A stretch of 63,259 nt of DNA, taken from contig CAWDOY010000040.1 in the NCBI GenBank assembly GCA_963803975.1, positions 1 to 63,259 on the forward strand, in the 5' to 3' direction. Positions within the stretch are counted from its first letter, which is position 1. Each line of letters starts with the position of its first letter. Shown piece by piece: positions 29,348 through 39,787 of this stretch. The notes beneath the pieces were generated by a model, which saw nothing but the letters and a program-made list of their open reading frames with translations, searched no databases and had not been told where the DNA came from. The translations under genes and the position numbers were made by a program. Origin of the DNA: an uncultured delta proteobacterium. Its GTDB lineage: Bacteria; Desulfobacterota; WTBG01; CAIYCZ01.

Positions 29348-31782
29348 TTGAGGAACATGCCTATGGATAATAAAGAAAGCTTAAACAGTTCAATGCGCAG
29401 ACGCTATGTAGTGGCGCTGAGCGCCCTGGTGATGGCAACCGCTCTTTTGTCAGGTGCCTGCAAACCCTGGACACATGATGCAGAATGGACTAACCCCCAG
29501 TTAAAAGGCACCAAAGACTTTCATGGAACGGTAGTAATCAACCGGGGCAGTTCTACGCTGTGCAAAGCATGCCATGGCTCTGATCTGAAGGGATTAGGGG
29601 AGATACCGGGTTGCTATAAGTGCCATTTTGGGCCCGAGGGCAGCCGTTCTCCGTCAGGTTCATCATGGAATCATGGAATGGCTCAGCATGAAAATCTGCG
29701 CGCTGAAGAACCGATGTGCAATACCTGCCACGAGCTGTACCGGAGTAACGGGTTAGCGCCAAATACATGCCATGACTGTCACAGTATTTCCCCGGAGACT
29801 CATCCCCTGGGTCAGTCCTGGCTGGATAAAAAAAGCCCTGATTTTCATGGTAAAAGCACCCTTGATTGCAGCACGTGCCATGATCTGAAAACCAAATGTT
29901 CAACCTGTCATTTCGGGGCAACAGGAAGTCAATCGCCATCCGGTTCAGGATGGAGCCATGGCACCACCCCGCATAATCAACTGGCATCATCCGAGGCAGT
30001 ATGCAGTAAATGCCATACGCTTGATAGAAGCTATGGCAATGGCCCGGCCACTTGTCATGACTGTCATGGTACGCCTCCCAGTCACGTTCTGGGAGAGCCG
30101 TGGTTAAATCAGAAAAGTCCCCAGTTTCACGGCAAGAGCACGCTTAACTGCGCCTCGTGTCATGATCTGAAAACCAAATGTTCAAACTGCCATTTCGGGG
30201 CAACAGGAAGCCAGTCGCCATCCGGGTCGGGATGGAGCCATGGCACCACCCCGCATAATCAACTGGAATCATCGGGGGCTGTTTGCAATATCTGCCACGA
30301 GCTTGATCGGGGCTATGGTAATGGTCCTGCAACATGCCATGACTGTCACGTTAAGCCACCCCATGTGCTGGGGCAGCCGTGGCTGGATCAGAAAAGCTCT
30401 CAGTTCCACGGTAGAAGCACCCTTGACTGCAGCTCGTGTCATGATCCGAACACTGAATGCGCATCCTGTCATTTCGGGGCATCGGGCAGTAAATCACCAT
30501 CCTCGGGATGGCTTCATGGGACAACGCCGCACAATCAGCTGGCATCATCTGAGGCAGTTTGTAATAAATGCCATAAACTTGATCGAAGCTACGGCAATGG
30601 CCCGGCAACATGCCATGATTGTCATAGCGGTGTTGGCGGAGGCGGAAGTGGTGGCGGACATGTTCTGGGAAAGCCGTGGCTGGATCCCAAGAGCGCGCAG
30701 TTTCACGGCAACAGCACACTCAACTGCAGCTCGTGTCATGATCTGAACACCAAATGCGCAACCTGTCATTTCGGGGCAACGGGAAGGAAGGCTCCAGTCG
30801 GGTCTACCTGGAGCCATGGCACCACGCCGCATAATCAGCTGGCATCATCTGAGGCAGTTTGCAGTAAATGCCATACACTTGAGCGAAGCTATGGCAATGG
30901 CCCTGCAACATGCCATGACTGCCACGCTCAGCAGACCCATGTTTTAGGAAAGCCGTGGCTGGACCCAAAGAGTTCGCAGTTTCACGGCAACAGTTCACTC
31001 AACTGCAGCTCGTGTCATGATCTGAACACCAAATGCGCAACCTGTCATTTCGGGGCGATCGGGAAGTAAAGCACCATCCGGTTCAGGCTGGAGCCATGGG
31101 ACCACGCCGCACAATCAGCTGGCATCATCCGAGGCAGTGTGCAACCAATGTCATACACTTGAGCGAAGCTATGGCAATGGCCCTGCAACATGCCATGACT
31201 GCCACGCCCAGCAGACCCATGTTTTAGGAAAGCCGTGGCTGGATCCCAAAAAGTTCGCAGTTTCACGGCAACAGCACACTCAACTGCAGCTCGTGTCATA
31301 ATCTGAGCTACCGAAATGCTCAAGCTGTCATTTCGGGGCATCGGGAAATAAAGCACCATCCGGTTCAGGCTGGAGCCATGGCACCACGCCGCATAATCAG
31401 ATGGCATCATCCGAGGCAGTGTGCAACCAATGTCACACACTTGAGCGAAGCTATGGCAATGGCCCTGCAACATGCCATGACTGCCACGCTCAGCAGACCC
31501 ATGTTTTAGGAAAGCCGTGGCTGGATCCCAAGAGCTCCCAGTTTCACGGCGACAGTTCACTCAACTGCAGCTCATGTCACAACACCGAGCACAGAATGCT
31601 CAACCTGTCATTTCGGGCCAACGGGAAGGAAGGCTCCGGTAGGGTCAAGCTGGAGCCACGGCTCATCATCGCATAAGAGCATGGAATCATACCAGGCAGT
31701 ATGCAATAAATGTCATACGCTTGAACGAAGCTATGGCCATGGCCCGTCATCATGCCATGACTGCCACGGTGACGGTGATTAG
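29348..31782 (+). CDS. Lipoprotein multiheme cytochrome c of 8 tandem tetraheme modules (~32 CxxCH); frameshifts after ~31060
   Basis: Lipobox LSGA-C; 22 CxxCH in the 573-aa ORF and 10 more in shifted frames up to ..CHDCHGDGD* (TAG 31780-31782). Confidence 0.9.
29801..31770 (+). repeat. Intragenic tandem repeat, ~280-bp period
   Basis: Module starts (H-P/V-L-G) at about 29801, 30083, 30362, 30659, 30938, 31218 and 31500. Confidence 0.92.
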
Positions 31783-32028
31783 GGCTTCGCAGGGTACTAT
31801 TTCCCGAACAGCGTGAAAAAAAGGGATCCCTTCCCAAACTAATCTAAGTAGTATGGGAAGGGTCCCTTACTATCAACAGAGCTGACCCCAATTAAGCAGC
31901 ATTTCCCCTTTCCCCCTTTTTTTGCTAATTCTGCTTGCATCAACACCGTTTGCCCTCTATACTTTTTAAAATCTTTTATTACAGCACCTGCGCACTATTA
32001 TCAGTGATTCCCTGAACAGGAGAAACCT

Positions 32029-34012
32029 ATGGAAAAAAAGGCCGTGGAACAGCAAGATATTTTTGGCTGGAGAGGAAAAATACTGCGGGTTGATCTCTCG
32101 CAGGCAAAAATATGGGATGAAGAGCTTTCCCGCGCATACATGGACGGTTATATCGGCGGGCGCAGGAATAAATGCCCGTCTGCTCTATGATCTCATGCGC
32201 AACAATCCCCAGGCAGATGCCCTGTCACCGGAGAACCCGCTCATTTTCGGCTGCGGGCCGCTGGTTGGCACCACTTTCCCGTGCGCAAGCCGCTTTACCG
32301 TAACCGGCAAAAGCCCGCTTACCGGGATCTTTGGTGACACCAATGCCGGCGGGTGGTTCCCGGTACGGCTCAAGCAGGCAGGCTATGACCACATCGTCAT
32401 CCAGGGAAAAGCCGCGCGTCCGGCAGCGCTTCTTATTGAACCGGGCGCCGCGCCGCAGCTTGTCGATGCAGCTGATATATGGGGTCTTGATATCTTTGAT
32501 ACCGATAAAAAGCTCCATGAAAAATACGGCGACTGTGAAACTGCCCGGATCGGGCCGGCCGGGGAAAACCTGGTGCGGTTTGCAAGTATTTTATCAGGCA
32601 CCAAACGGACCAGCTCCAATGGCCGCACCGGCATGGGCTGCGTCATGGGCTCAAAGAACCTGAAGGCCATTATTATAAAAGTTAAGAAGGGCGTCGGCAT
32701 GGTGCCGGTTGCCGATGAACAGGCGGTAGAAAAGATTGCAAAACATTATCGGGACGTCTGGCTCAAAGGCCCGGGAACCTCGCTTAAACGGCAGTACGGC
32801 ACACTGACGAATTTTTCACAGATTGCCGAGCACACCCGCATCAAAAACGAGCAGGAGCCTTTGACCACCGAGCAGATTGATGCCTATGATCTGGACCTTT
32901 TTGTGAACAATTTTAAAACCGGACAAACCGCCTGCTATCGCTGCCCGGTGGCCTGCTCCCAGAAATGGGAAATAAAAGAAGGTCCCTATCAGGGGGAGAA
33001 GGGTGACAAGGTTGAATACGGGCACCTGCTCAATCTGGGGCCGAATCTCGGGATTTTTGATTTCGCGACCATGCTGCACCTTGCGGATTTGAGCAACCGG
33101 CTGGGCATGGACTGTATCCAGTTCGGCTATAATATGGCCATTGCCATGGAGTGCTTCCAGCGCGGCATTTTAAGCAGCGAGGCAACCGGCGGCATTGAAC
33201 TGAACTGGGGCAACAGCCAGACCGTGGAAACACTGATGCGAAAAACCGCCTTTCGCGAGGGCTTCGGCAACCTGCTGGCGGAAAATGCCCCGACCATGGC
33301 CTCCCGCATCGGGCCGGATGCCGAGCAGTACGGCTCGCATACCAAGGGCATGTCCTTTCCCTTCAGCTGCACCTATGCGCTGCCCATGAGCCTGGCCTCG
33401 TCAGTGGCGACACGGGGAGGCGACCACCTGAAGGGCCATCCGTTTGCAGCCATAATCGGGCACCAGGAAATGCTGGAAAAAATGTTCGGCAAAGATATTC
33501 CCCCTGAAGCAAGCGATCACACCAGCCCAATTGCCAAGGGAAGGGTTGTCTGGTGGCAGGAAAACTACAAGATGATCATGGACTGCCTCGGGCTGTGCTT
33601 TCTTCCCATCATTAACTCCAACGTGTGGAGCGACCCCCTGATTATGATAAAGGAGATGGCCGAGATGTATCAGACCATAACCGGCCGGGACGCCTCCGGG
33701 CTGTTTACTGCGGCTGAGCGGGCCTACCAGATTGAGCGCTGCTTCAACACGCTGCAGGGCATCACACGGAAAGACGACACGAGAAAGGGAACCCTGCGGG
33801 GAGAGAAAAATCCCATCGATCTTCCGGGCATGCTCGATGAATATTATCTCTACCGAGGCTGCTCTTCGGACGGGCTGCCGACGCGCAAGCGGCTGCAGGA
33901 AATAGGGCTTGCCGATGTGGCCGAAGAAATGGCCGGAACTAAAAAACTCTCGGAAGAGGAGCGACCGGCGATAGCCGAGCTGCTGCAGGATTCTACTGAT
34001 GTGAGGGGGTAG
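32029..34012 (+). CDS. aor: Aldehyde:ferredoxin oxidoreductase family (tungsten-type); frameshifts in the first ~130 nt
   Basis: GWRGKILRVDLS (shifted frame), KSPLTG, IGPAGENLV, GRTGMGCVMGSKNLKA, CYRCPVAC, RGGDHL. Confidence 0.92.
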
Positions 34013-34068
34013 AGTAAAACAGGCTCTGACCCTCCTTCCCGTCGACACCCGTATGAGCAACAACAGGT

Positions 34069-34932
34069 ATGGCTCAATTTCATGTAACAAAAGATGGCAG
34101 GCTGATTGATTATCTGACCGGCCTGGGCTACTCACGAACCAAAATAAAGCAGCTTGTGAAATACCGGGCTATTGAGGTGAACGGGCAGGTGGTAACGAGC
34201 CTCAACCATCCGGTGCTGACGGGGCATACGGTTGCAATCAGGACAGAAAAAAGAGAACCAGTGAAGGAACCGTCTCTGGGGATCAGTGTCGTTTATGAGG
34301 ACGACGCGGTCATTGTCATAGAAAAGCCCGCGGGACTTCTGACCATCGCCTCTGAGACGGAAAAAGTAAAGACCGCCTATTACCAGCTGAATGAATTCCT
34401 GAAACAGCGCTCACCCGGGACGCGGGAGAGGATCTTCATCGTCCACCGCCTGGACCGGGACACGTCGGGCCTGATGGTGTTTGCAAAGAGCGAGGCAGTA
34501 AAAATGACACTCCAGAGCAGCTGGAAAACGGCTGAGAAACGCTACTACGCAATAGTAGAGGGCACGCCCGTAAAGAAGGAGGGCGAGATCGAGAGCAACC
34601 TGAGCGAGACGAAATCCCTTAAAGTCTACAGCAGCCGGAAGCAGGATCAGGCAAAACGTGCTAAAACAAAATACCGGGTCCTGAAGCGCAGCCGGGAGTA
34701 TGCCCTGCTCGATATACTGCTTGAAACCGGGCGCAAGAACCAGATCCGCGTCCATCTTGCGGACATCGGCCATCCCGTGGCTGGTGATAAAAAATACGGG
34801 GCACGAACCGACCCATTCAAACGGCTCGGACTGCATGCATGCCTTCTCTCGTTCAATCACCCGGTTACCGGGGAGCGCAAGCGTTTCGAGAGCACCATGC
34901 CCGACCGGTTCAATATGCTTATGATGAGATGA
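34069..34932 (+). CDS. RluA-family pseudouridine synthase with S4 domain
   Basis: KPAGL, HRLDRDTSG, TGRKNQIRVH, GDKKYG, LHA. Confidence 0.95.
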   Translation: MAQFHVTKDGRLIDYLTGLGYSRTKIKQLVKYRAIEVNGQVVTSLNHPVLTGHTVAIRTEKREPVKEPSLGISVVYEDDAVIVIEKPAGLLTIASETEKVKTAYYQLNEFLKQRSPGTRERIFIVHRLDRDTSGLMVFAKSEAVKMTLQSSWKTAEKRYYAIVEGTPVKKEGEIESNLSETKSLKVYSSRKQDQAKRAKTKYRVLKRSREYALLDILLETGRKNQIRVHLADIGHPVAGDKKYGARTDPFKRLGLHACLLSFNHPVTGERKRFESTMPDRFNMLMMR

Positions 34933-34961
34933 GGGAACGGCTGCGGTGAACAGTTGAGAAT

Positions 34962-35192
34962 ATGGAATCCTGCAAACACGAAGTCCTGACGCTGGTACCA
35001 ATTAAGAGCAATAAGCTTCGCTGCCGGCATTGTCATCTTACCATTACAGAGGAAGAGCTTGCCGGCGGCTGCTGCCCGGAATGCCTTGCAGTGCACAAGG
35101 TGCGGCGCAATGATTTTGAAAAAATCACTGCAGCAGACAGCGGCACCACTCGCTACTGCTGCGAGCGCTGCGGCATGGTTATTGACTGTTAG
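34962..35192 (+). CDS. Small Cys-rich zinc-ribbon protein
   Basis: CKH, CRHC, CPEC and CERC in 76 aa. Confidence 0.7.
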   Translation: MESCKHEVLTLVPIKSNKLRCRHCHLTITEEELAGGCCPECLAVHKVRRNDFEKITAADSGTTRYCCERCGMVIDC

Positions 35193-35358
35193 AGGGTCAG
35201 GGGATTGGGATTCGAGAATCAGGAAAAGTTAGAAAACTATCGTGAGTCTCAGGTACAAATTGATGAGTAGTTCGGTATGAAAAATATGCATAGAGCCTGA
35301 AGCAACTGGACGATAGCTGACGGCTGAAAGCTTTTTAACCAGTCAGACAGGAGAAGAC

Positions 35359-35772
35359 GTGACGATAAAAAATATACGGCCCATGGTACTTGCTGCCAGC
35401 CTGCTCTTAGCCGCTGCACTGCTGCTGCCCCGCACTGCCGGCGCTGAAATTGAGCGCATAGAAAAGGAAGAGCTCAGCGCCATGCTCTGTTCCCCGCAGA
35501 TTATATTGCTTGACGTGCGGACCGGGGAGGTCTGGGAAAAAAGTAAAATCAAAATTAAATGTTCCCGCCGCGTCGACCCGTATAACGTTGAATCCTGGAT
35601 TGCTACCATCCCGCAAGACAAACAAATTGTGCTTTACTGCTGCTCCTGAAGCGGAAACAGCAGCGCCCGGGTGGCGAAAAAGATGATAAAAAAAGGGTTC
35701 ACGAACGTGAAAATACTCGAAGGCGGATGGAAAGGCTGGCTTGACGCCAAACTGCCGATTGAGGCGAAATAA
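35359..35772 (+). CDS. Exported rhodanese-domain protein, probable selenoprotein (in-frame TGA 35647-35649)
   Basis: Signal peptide; LLDVRT...IVLYCCS-TGA-SGNSSARVAKKMIKKGFTNVKILEGGWKGWLDAKLPIEAK*. Confidence 0.82.
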
Positions 35773-35832
35773 AAAAATAATGCACAGTTGGCAAGACAGG
35801 CTCTGAGCCTGAATTACTGGTAAGGAATCTGT

Positions 35833-36177
35833 ATGGCAGATAACGATATCAAGGAAAAGACCCGGGAGATCCTGGCGTACCGGACGAAATTCGCAGAGAA
35901 ATACCCTGGCGTTGCGCACGGCTTTGCAGCGCTGCAAAAAAGCGTGATGCAGGATGGCAGGATACGGGCCAGGGAAAAAGAGCTTATCGCGGTAGGGATC
36001 TCGGTGGGCCTGCGCTGTGCTCCCTGCATCTATGCCCATATTCGTTCGGCTCTGAAACTCGGCGCAACACCGGAAGAGATAATGGAAGCAGCATCAGTAG
36101 CAGTTCTTATGGCAGGAGGGCCGGGTATGGCGCATGTTGTCGAGGCCTTGAAGGCCATTGATGCCTTTACCGGATAA
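35833..36177 (+). CDS. Carboxymuconolactone decarboxylase/AhpD-family protein
   Basis: KELIAVG, CAPCIYAH, GAT.EEI.EA, MAGGP. Confidence 0.9.
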   Translation: MADNDIKEKTREILAYRTKFAEKYPGVAHGFAALQKSVMQDGRIRAREKELIAVGISVGLRCAPCIYAHIRSALKLGATPEEIMEAASVAVLMAGGPGMAHVVEALKAIDAFTG

Positions 36178-36570
36178 TCCTTGGTAACGAGCACAACAGC
36201 GCGCGACAGGTTTACACAGGATACATGGCATGACCAGGCTGCTCATCCCCGGCAGCAGCATTGCGGCAGGATATAAAGCCTATACTTTTGCGATACCAAA
36301 AGGACGTACTAGCATCTTTATTTCTAATATTGTGTCCTATAATAAAAAAGAGGCTCACCCGTGGAAAATCAAGGTGGACGATTACGGCTATGATTTTTCT
36401 AAACCGGCACGGATGCTTTACAGAACAAGCCTGCAATGATTTTAGTCTGATTAACTACTCGCATACCTGATACATAGTCTGCAGTTTTCCGCCTTTGATC
36501 CCCACCACAAGATATTGGTAGGAAGTCAACACGCTTAGTAAGTATTTATTTGACACCACATCTGACATCT

Positions 36571-36662
36571 CTTTCATCATTGTAATGTTTTGGAAAGGGC
36601 ATTGTAATTTTTATAAGGCATTGTAGTACTATGACAAATAGTAAGTTCCTATTTATGAGCCA
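36571..36662 (+). promoter_or_regulatory. Putative response-regulator-controlled promoter, copy 2
   Basis: 67/92 nt identical (my count) to 28814-28905; first 21 nt identical. Confidence 0.55.
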
Positions 36663-36907
36663 CGACGACCTGGTTCCAATAATGCCACGCTGAGTTAATA
36701 ATCACAGATTAAAAGCAGTTGACTCCCCAGAGTCAATGGCCAAACCAGAGTACCCAGGCATTAATAATCGAAAAAATCCACTCAGGCTGTTGATTTGAAA
36801 TTATTTTATTATTAAGTTTCCAATAAGAAGATTTCGAAATTAAGCGTGAAAAATACAGTCACCATTTTTTTTAAAGGTCATACAAGCACAAGAAAGGAGT
36901 AACGGAA

Positions 36908-37000
36908 ATGAACTTATTTTATGCATCTATAGTATGGGCATTACCAATTTCTCTTTTTCTTTGGTTTATCGTTATTCAAATGATTTCAATCTTTATTTAG
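36908..37000 (+). CDS. 30-aa hydrophobic single-helix peptide
   Basis: AAGGAG RBS; MNLFYASIVWALPISLFLWFIVIQMISIFI*. Confidence 0.5.
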   Translation: MNLFYASIVWALPISLFLWFIVIQMISIFI

Positions 37001-37149
37001 AGGGAAGCAAAGGGTCAGGTTTTGGCAGGAAAAGGGGGAAGGGGACAGATTAATTTTCTTGTAGAAACGGGGAAAAATCAGCGCCATATATATTTAGTAA
37101 TTTAATATATGGCGCTGACTCAACAGGATAAACCACATCACGCACCAGA

Positions 37150-37182
37150 GGCAGGGTCACTTAGACCCTGCCGTTTTTTTTT
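37150..37182 (+). terminator. Rho-independent terminator
   Basis: GGCAGGGTC-actta-GACCCTGCC followed by G and T9. Confidence 0.85.
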
Positions 37183-37387
37183 ACATCTACCTATTGTGGT
37201 TACTGGTTAAGCACAAAGCCTACATGCTTCTGCTACTATACGCAACAATTCTCACTGCTTAAACAATTCACTCCTTCATTAAGAAGTCATCTCTAATATG
37301 TCAGAGCGAATTCAAATTACTGCTATACTGCTGTCATATTCAAGCTAAGTTATTAGAAATATTATGTAGCCGCCGCCGGCCCTCAAC

Positions 37388-37813
37388 TCACTCGTTTTCC
37401 TCAACCAGTTCTATGAGAATGCCGTCTGTGTCGTTGGGGTCAAGGTAGGCAAGCTTGGTTTTTCCTGTGTCAAAGATTCCATCCTTGGTAATGTGTCCCA
37501 GGTGAATCCCTTTTTCCTCAAGCGCCTTGACCTCTGCTTCCACATCATTTACCTGAAAGGCTATGTGGTTAATCCCCGGAGGCGGGTCGCCGGTCATCTC
37601 CCGGAAAAAATCCGACATGGGCTGGATCAGCTCAAGCTCTGTGCCGCCTATCTTTACAAACGCAAACGCGCCCGCGCCGCCGGTATCGTCCGCGCTCATC
37701 AGACGGACGTCCTCATCCGTCAGGTCGAAGAATTTTTTAAACATGTTTACCGACTTGTCCAGGTCATTGGTTATATAGCCTACGTGCCGCAGCTTTCTCT
37801 TCTGATCATTCAT
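37388..37813 (-). CDS. VOC/glyoxalase family protein (methylmalonyl-CoA epimerase-like)
   Basis: HVG, ELELIQP, GINHIAF, GILIELVE; AAGGA RBS before MNDQK. Confidence 0.88.
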   Translation of the reverse strand: MNDQKRKLRHVGYITNDLDKSVNMFKKFFDLTDEDVRLMSADDTGGAGAFAFVKIGGTELELIQPMSDFFREMTGDPPPGINHIAFQVNDVEAEVKALEEKGIHLGHITKDGIFDTGKTKLAYLDPNDTDGILIELVEENE

Positions 37814-38124
37814 GCTTTTTATTTTCCTTTCTGTCAGGTTTATCAAATTATAACAATAAAAACAGAACCACTGAGGACACAGAGATGTTACGGTTTTGTA
37901 TATTGAACTTTCCGTGCCCCGTGTAGACATTACCTGAATTATTAAACATATTTCTCGTTAAGTAAAGAGGGGAGAAAAGACATTTTTTATTCGTGCTCCG
38001 TATAAGACCACGGGAATAAAAAGCTTGCCGGGCATGAATGTCCTGAGATATACAGCATCTCATAATGCCTCAGGGCAGGCCAAAACAGTCGACTATAAAT
38101 AAATCACCGGTATTCTAAAACACC

Positions 38125-39690
38125 ATGAAACCCTTATCCGAGCTTATCCTGAAAAATGAGCAGTGGCTGATGAAAAGGACCCTTTCCTATGCCATCACGC
38201 TCAACTATGCAAAATACACCTCCACACTGGAAGAAGCATGGCGAACGTCCATAGCCGGGCTATCGCAATCTCTCACGGAAGCGTTTGAACAGAACGAGGC
38301 GATACCGGAGATGAATATGGACGAAGATTTCCTGGCAGACCCCATGGCGGCATTCGGTATTCTTGAAGCCCGGCGGCACCGCTCCCGCGGGGTGACCCTG
38401 ATCATGTTTCTCGGCCTGATGAAATACTACCGCCAGAGCTATATAGACCTCATCATGCAAGCAGATATGGCCCCTTTATGCCGGGAGCACAGCCATCTTT
38501 TTATCGAGCGCTTTTTCGACCGGGTGGAACTCGGCTTTGTATCCGAGTGGACCGGCACAACAAAGGACGCGCGCCTGGTAGAGCTGCAGGAAAAAAATCG
38601 TTTCATGACCAATGAAAAGAACAAATATCTCACTATTTTTGAAAGCCTTTCCAACCCGGTGATCCTGCTGAATGAAGACCATAAGATTACCAACCTGAAC
38701 TATGCCGCCGCCGAGCTGTTTTTCGGGCAGAAATCACCCGGGGCGGTTTACTATGGCGAGAACCTGATAGAAGAAACGCTTCCGTGGCTGTCAAAGAGCC
38801 TGTCGGCGTTTATTGAGAGCGGCTCAGGCGAGGCGCGTTTTGAAACAGACATCGATACTGAAAAAGGCTGGAAATATTTTGAGATAAAGCTCATGCGCAT
38901 GCTTGATGTGAGTGAAAAGTTCAAGGGATTCACCGTAATTTGTAATGATATCAGCGAGCGCAGGCTGCTCGAGATTGAGCGGGAAAAATTTATTGCCGAG
39001 CTTGAGACCAAGAACCATGAGCTGGAACTGTTTTCCTACTCCATCTCCCATGATCTGCGCGGCCCGCTGCTTACCATTAAAGAACTGACCGAAACGCTTG
39101 CCGCGCGCCACCGGAAAATTTTGACTGAGGAAGAACGGAATTATCCTGATGATATCAACCGCGCAGTTGACCGCATGAGCCGTTTTATTGACGACCTGCT
39201 TAACTACGCACGCCTTGGGCGCAAAAGCGTATCGCTGCGGCCGCTGCCGCTCAGCTTCGTTATCGCCCAGGTGATGGAGGTACTGTCTTCACGCAGGCAG
39301 GAAGCAGGTGCAACGATAATCATGGCTGATGACCTCCCGGATATATCGGGTGACCAGACCCTGCTGCTGCAGATCTTCTCGAACCTGTTTGACAACGCAA
39401 TCACCTATCGTTCGGATCAGCGCAGTCCGGAGATAGCGATAACCTGGCAACAGGACAACCGGCAGGCCATTATCTGCGTGGCTGACAATGGCCTCGGGAT
39501 TCCTCCGGAACAGCAGGAACATATTTTCGAGATGTTCTACCGCCTGCACAGCGAAGACGAGTATCCCGGCACCGGCATCGGGCTTGCCATCGTGAAGAAG
39601 GCCGTGGAGATGCAGGGCGGCAGAGTATGGATTGAGTCGGAGGTTAACCGGGGCAGTAAATTTTATCTCTCGTTTTTACTGCCCGGGTAA
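38125..39690 (+). CDS. Cytoplasmic PAS-domain sensor histidine kinase
   Basis: PAS (IFESL..PV.LLN), FSYSISHDLRGPL, NLFDNA, DNGLGI, GTGIGL. Confidence 0.93.
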   Translation: MKPLSELILKNEQWLMKRTLSYAITLNYAKYTSTLEEAWRTSIAGLSQSLTEAFEQNEAIPEMNMDEDFLADPMAAFGILEARRHRSRGVTLIMFLGLMKYYRQSYIDLIMQADMAPLCREHSHLFIERFFDRVELGFVSEWTGTTKDARLVELQEKNRFMTNEKNKYLTIFESLSNPVILLNEDHKITNLNYAAAELFFGQKSPGAVYYGENLIEETLPWLSKSLSAFIESGSGEARFETDIDTEKGWKYFEIKLMRMLDVSEKFKGFTVICNDISERRLLEIEREKFIAELETKNHELELFSYSISHDLRGPLLTIKELTETLAARHRKILTEEERNYPDDINRAVDRMSRFIDDLLNYARLGRKSVSLRPLPLSFVIAQVMEVLSSRRQEAGATIIMADDLPDISGDQTLLLQIFSNLFDNAITYRSDQRSPEIAITWQQDNRQAIICVADNGLGIPPEQQEHIFEMFYRLHSEDEYPGTGIGLAIVKKAVEMQGGRVWIESEVNRGSKFYLSFLLPG

Positions 39691-39787
39691 TCCGCAGGAC
39701 AGGAGTTGACGGGGATTTGCTTTTTTAAGATTGCTGCATTACGCTCTGCACCCGGAGCAGGCTCACCGGGGCGTCGATACAGGTATC

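Noticed and set aside
29801..31770. CRISPR array
   Set aside because: The period is ~280 bp, the sequence is protein-coding, there are no unique spacers and no cas genes
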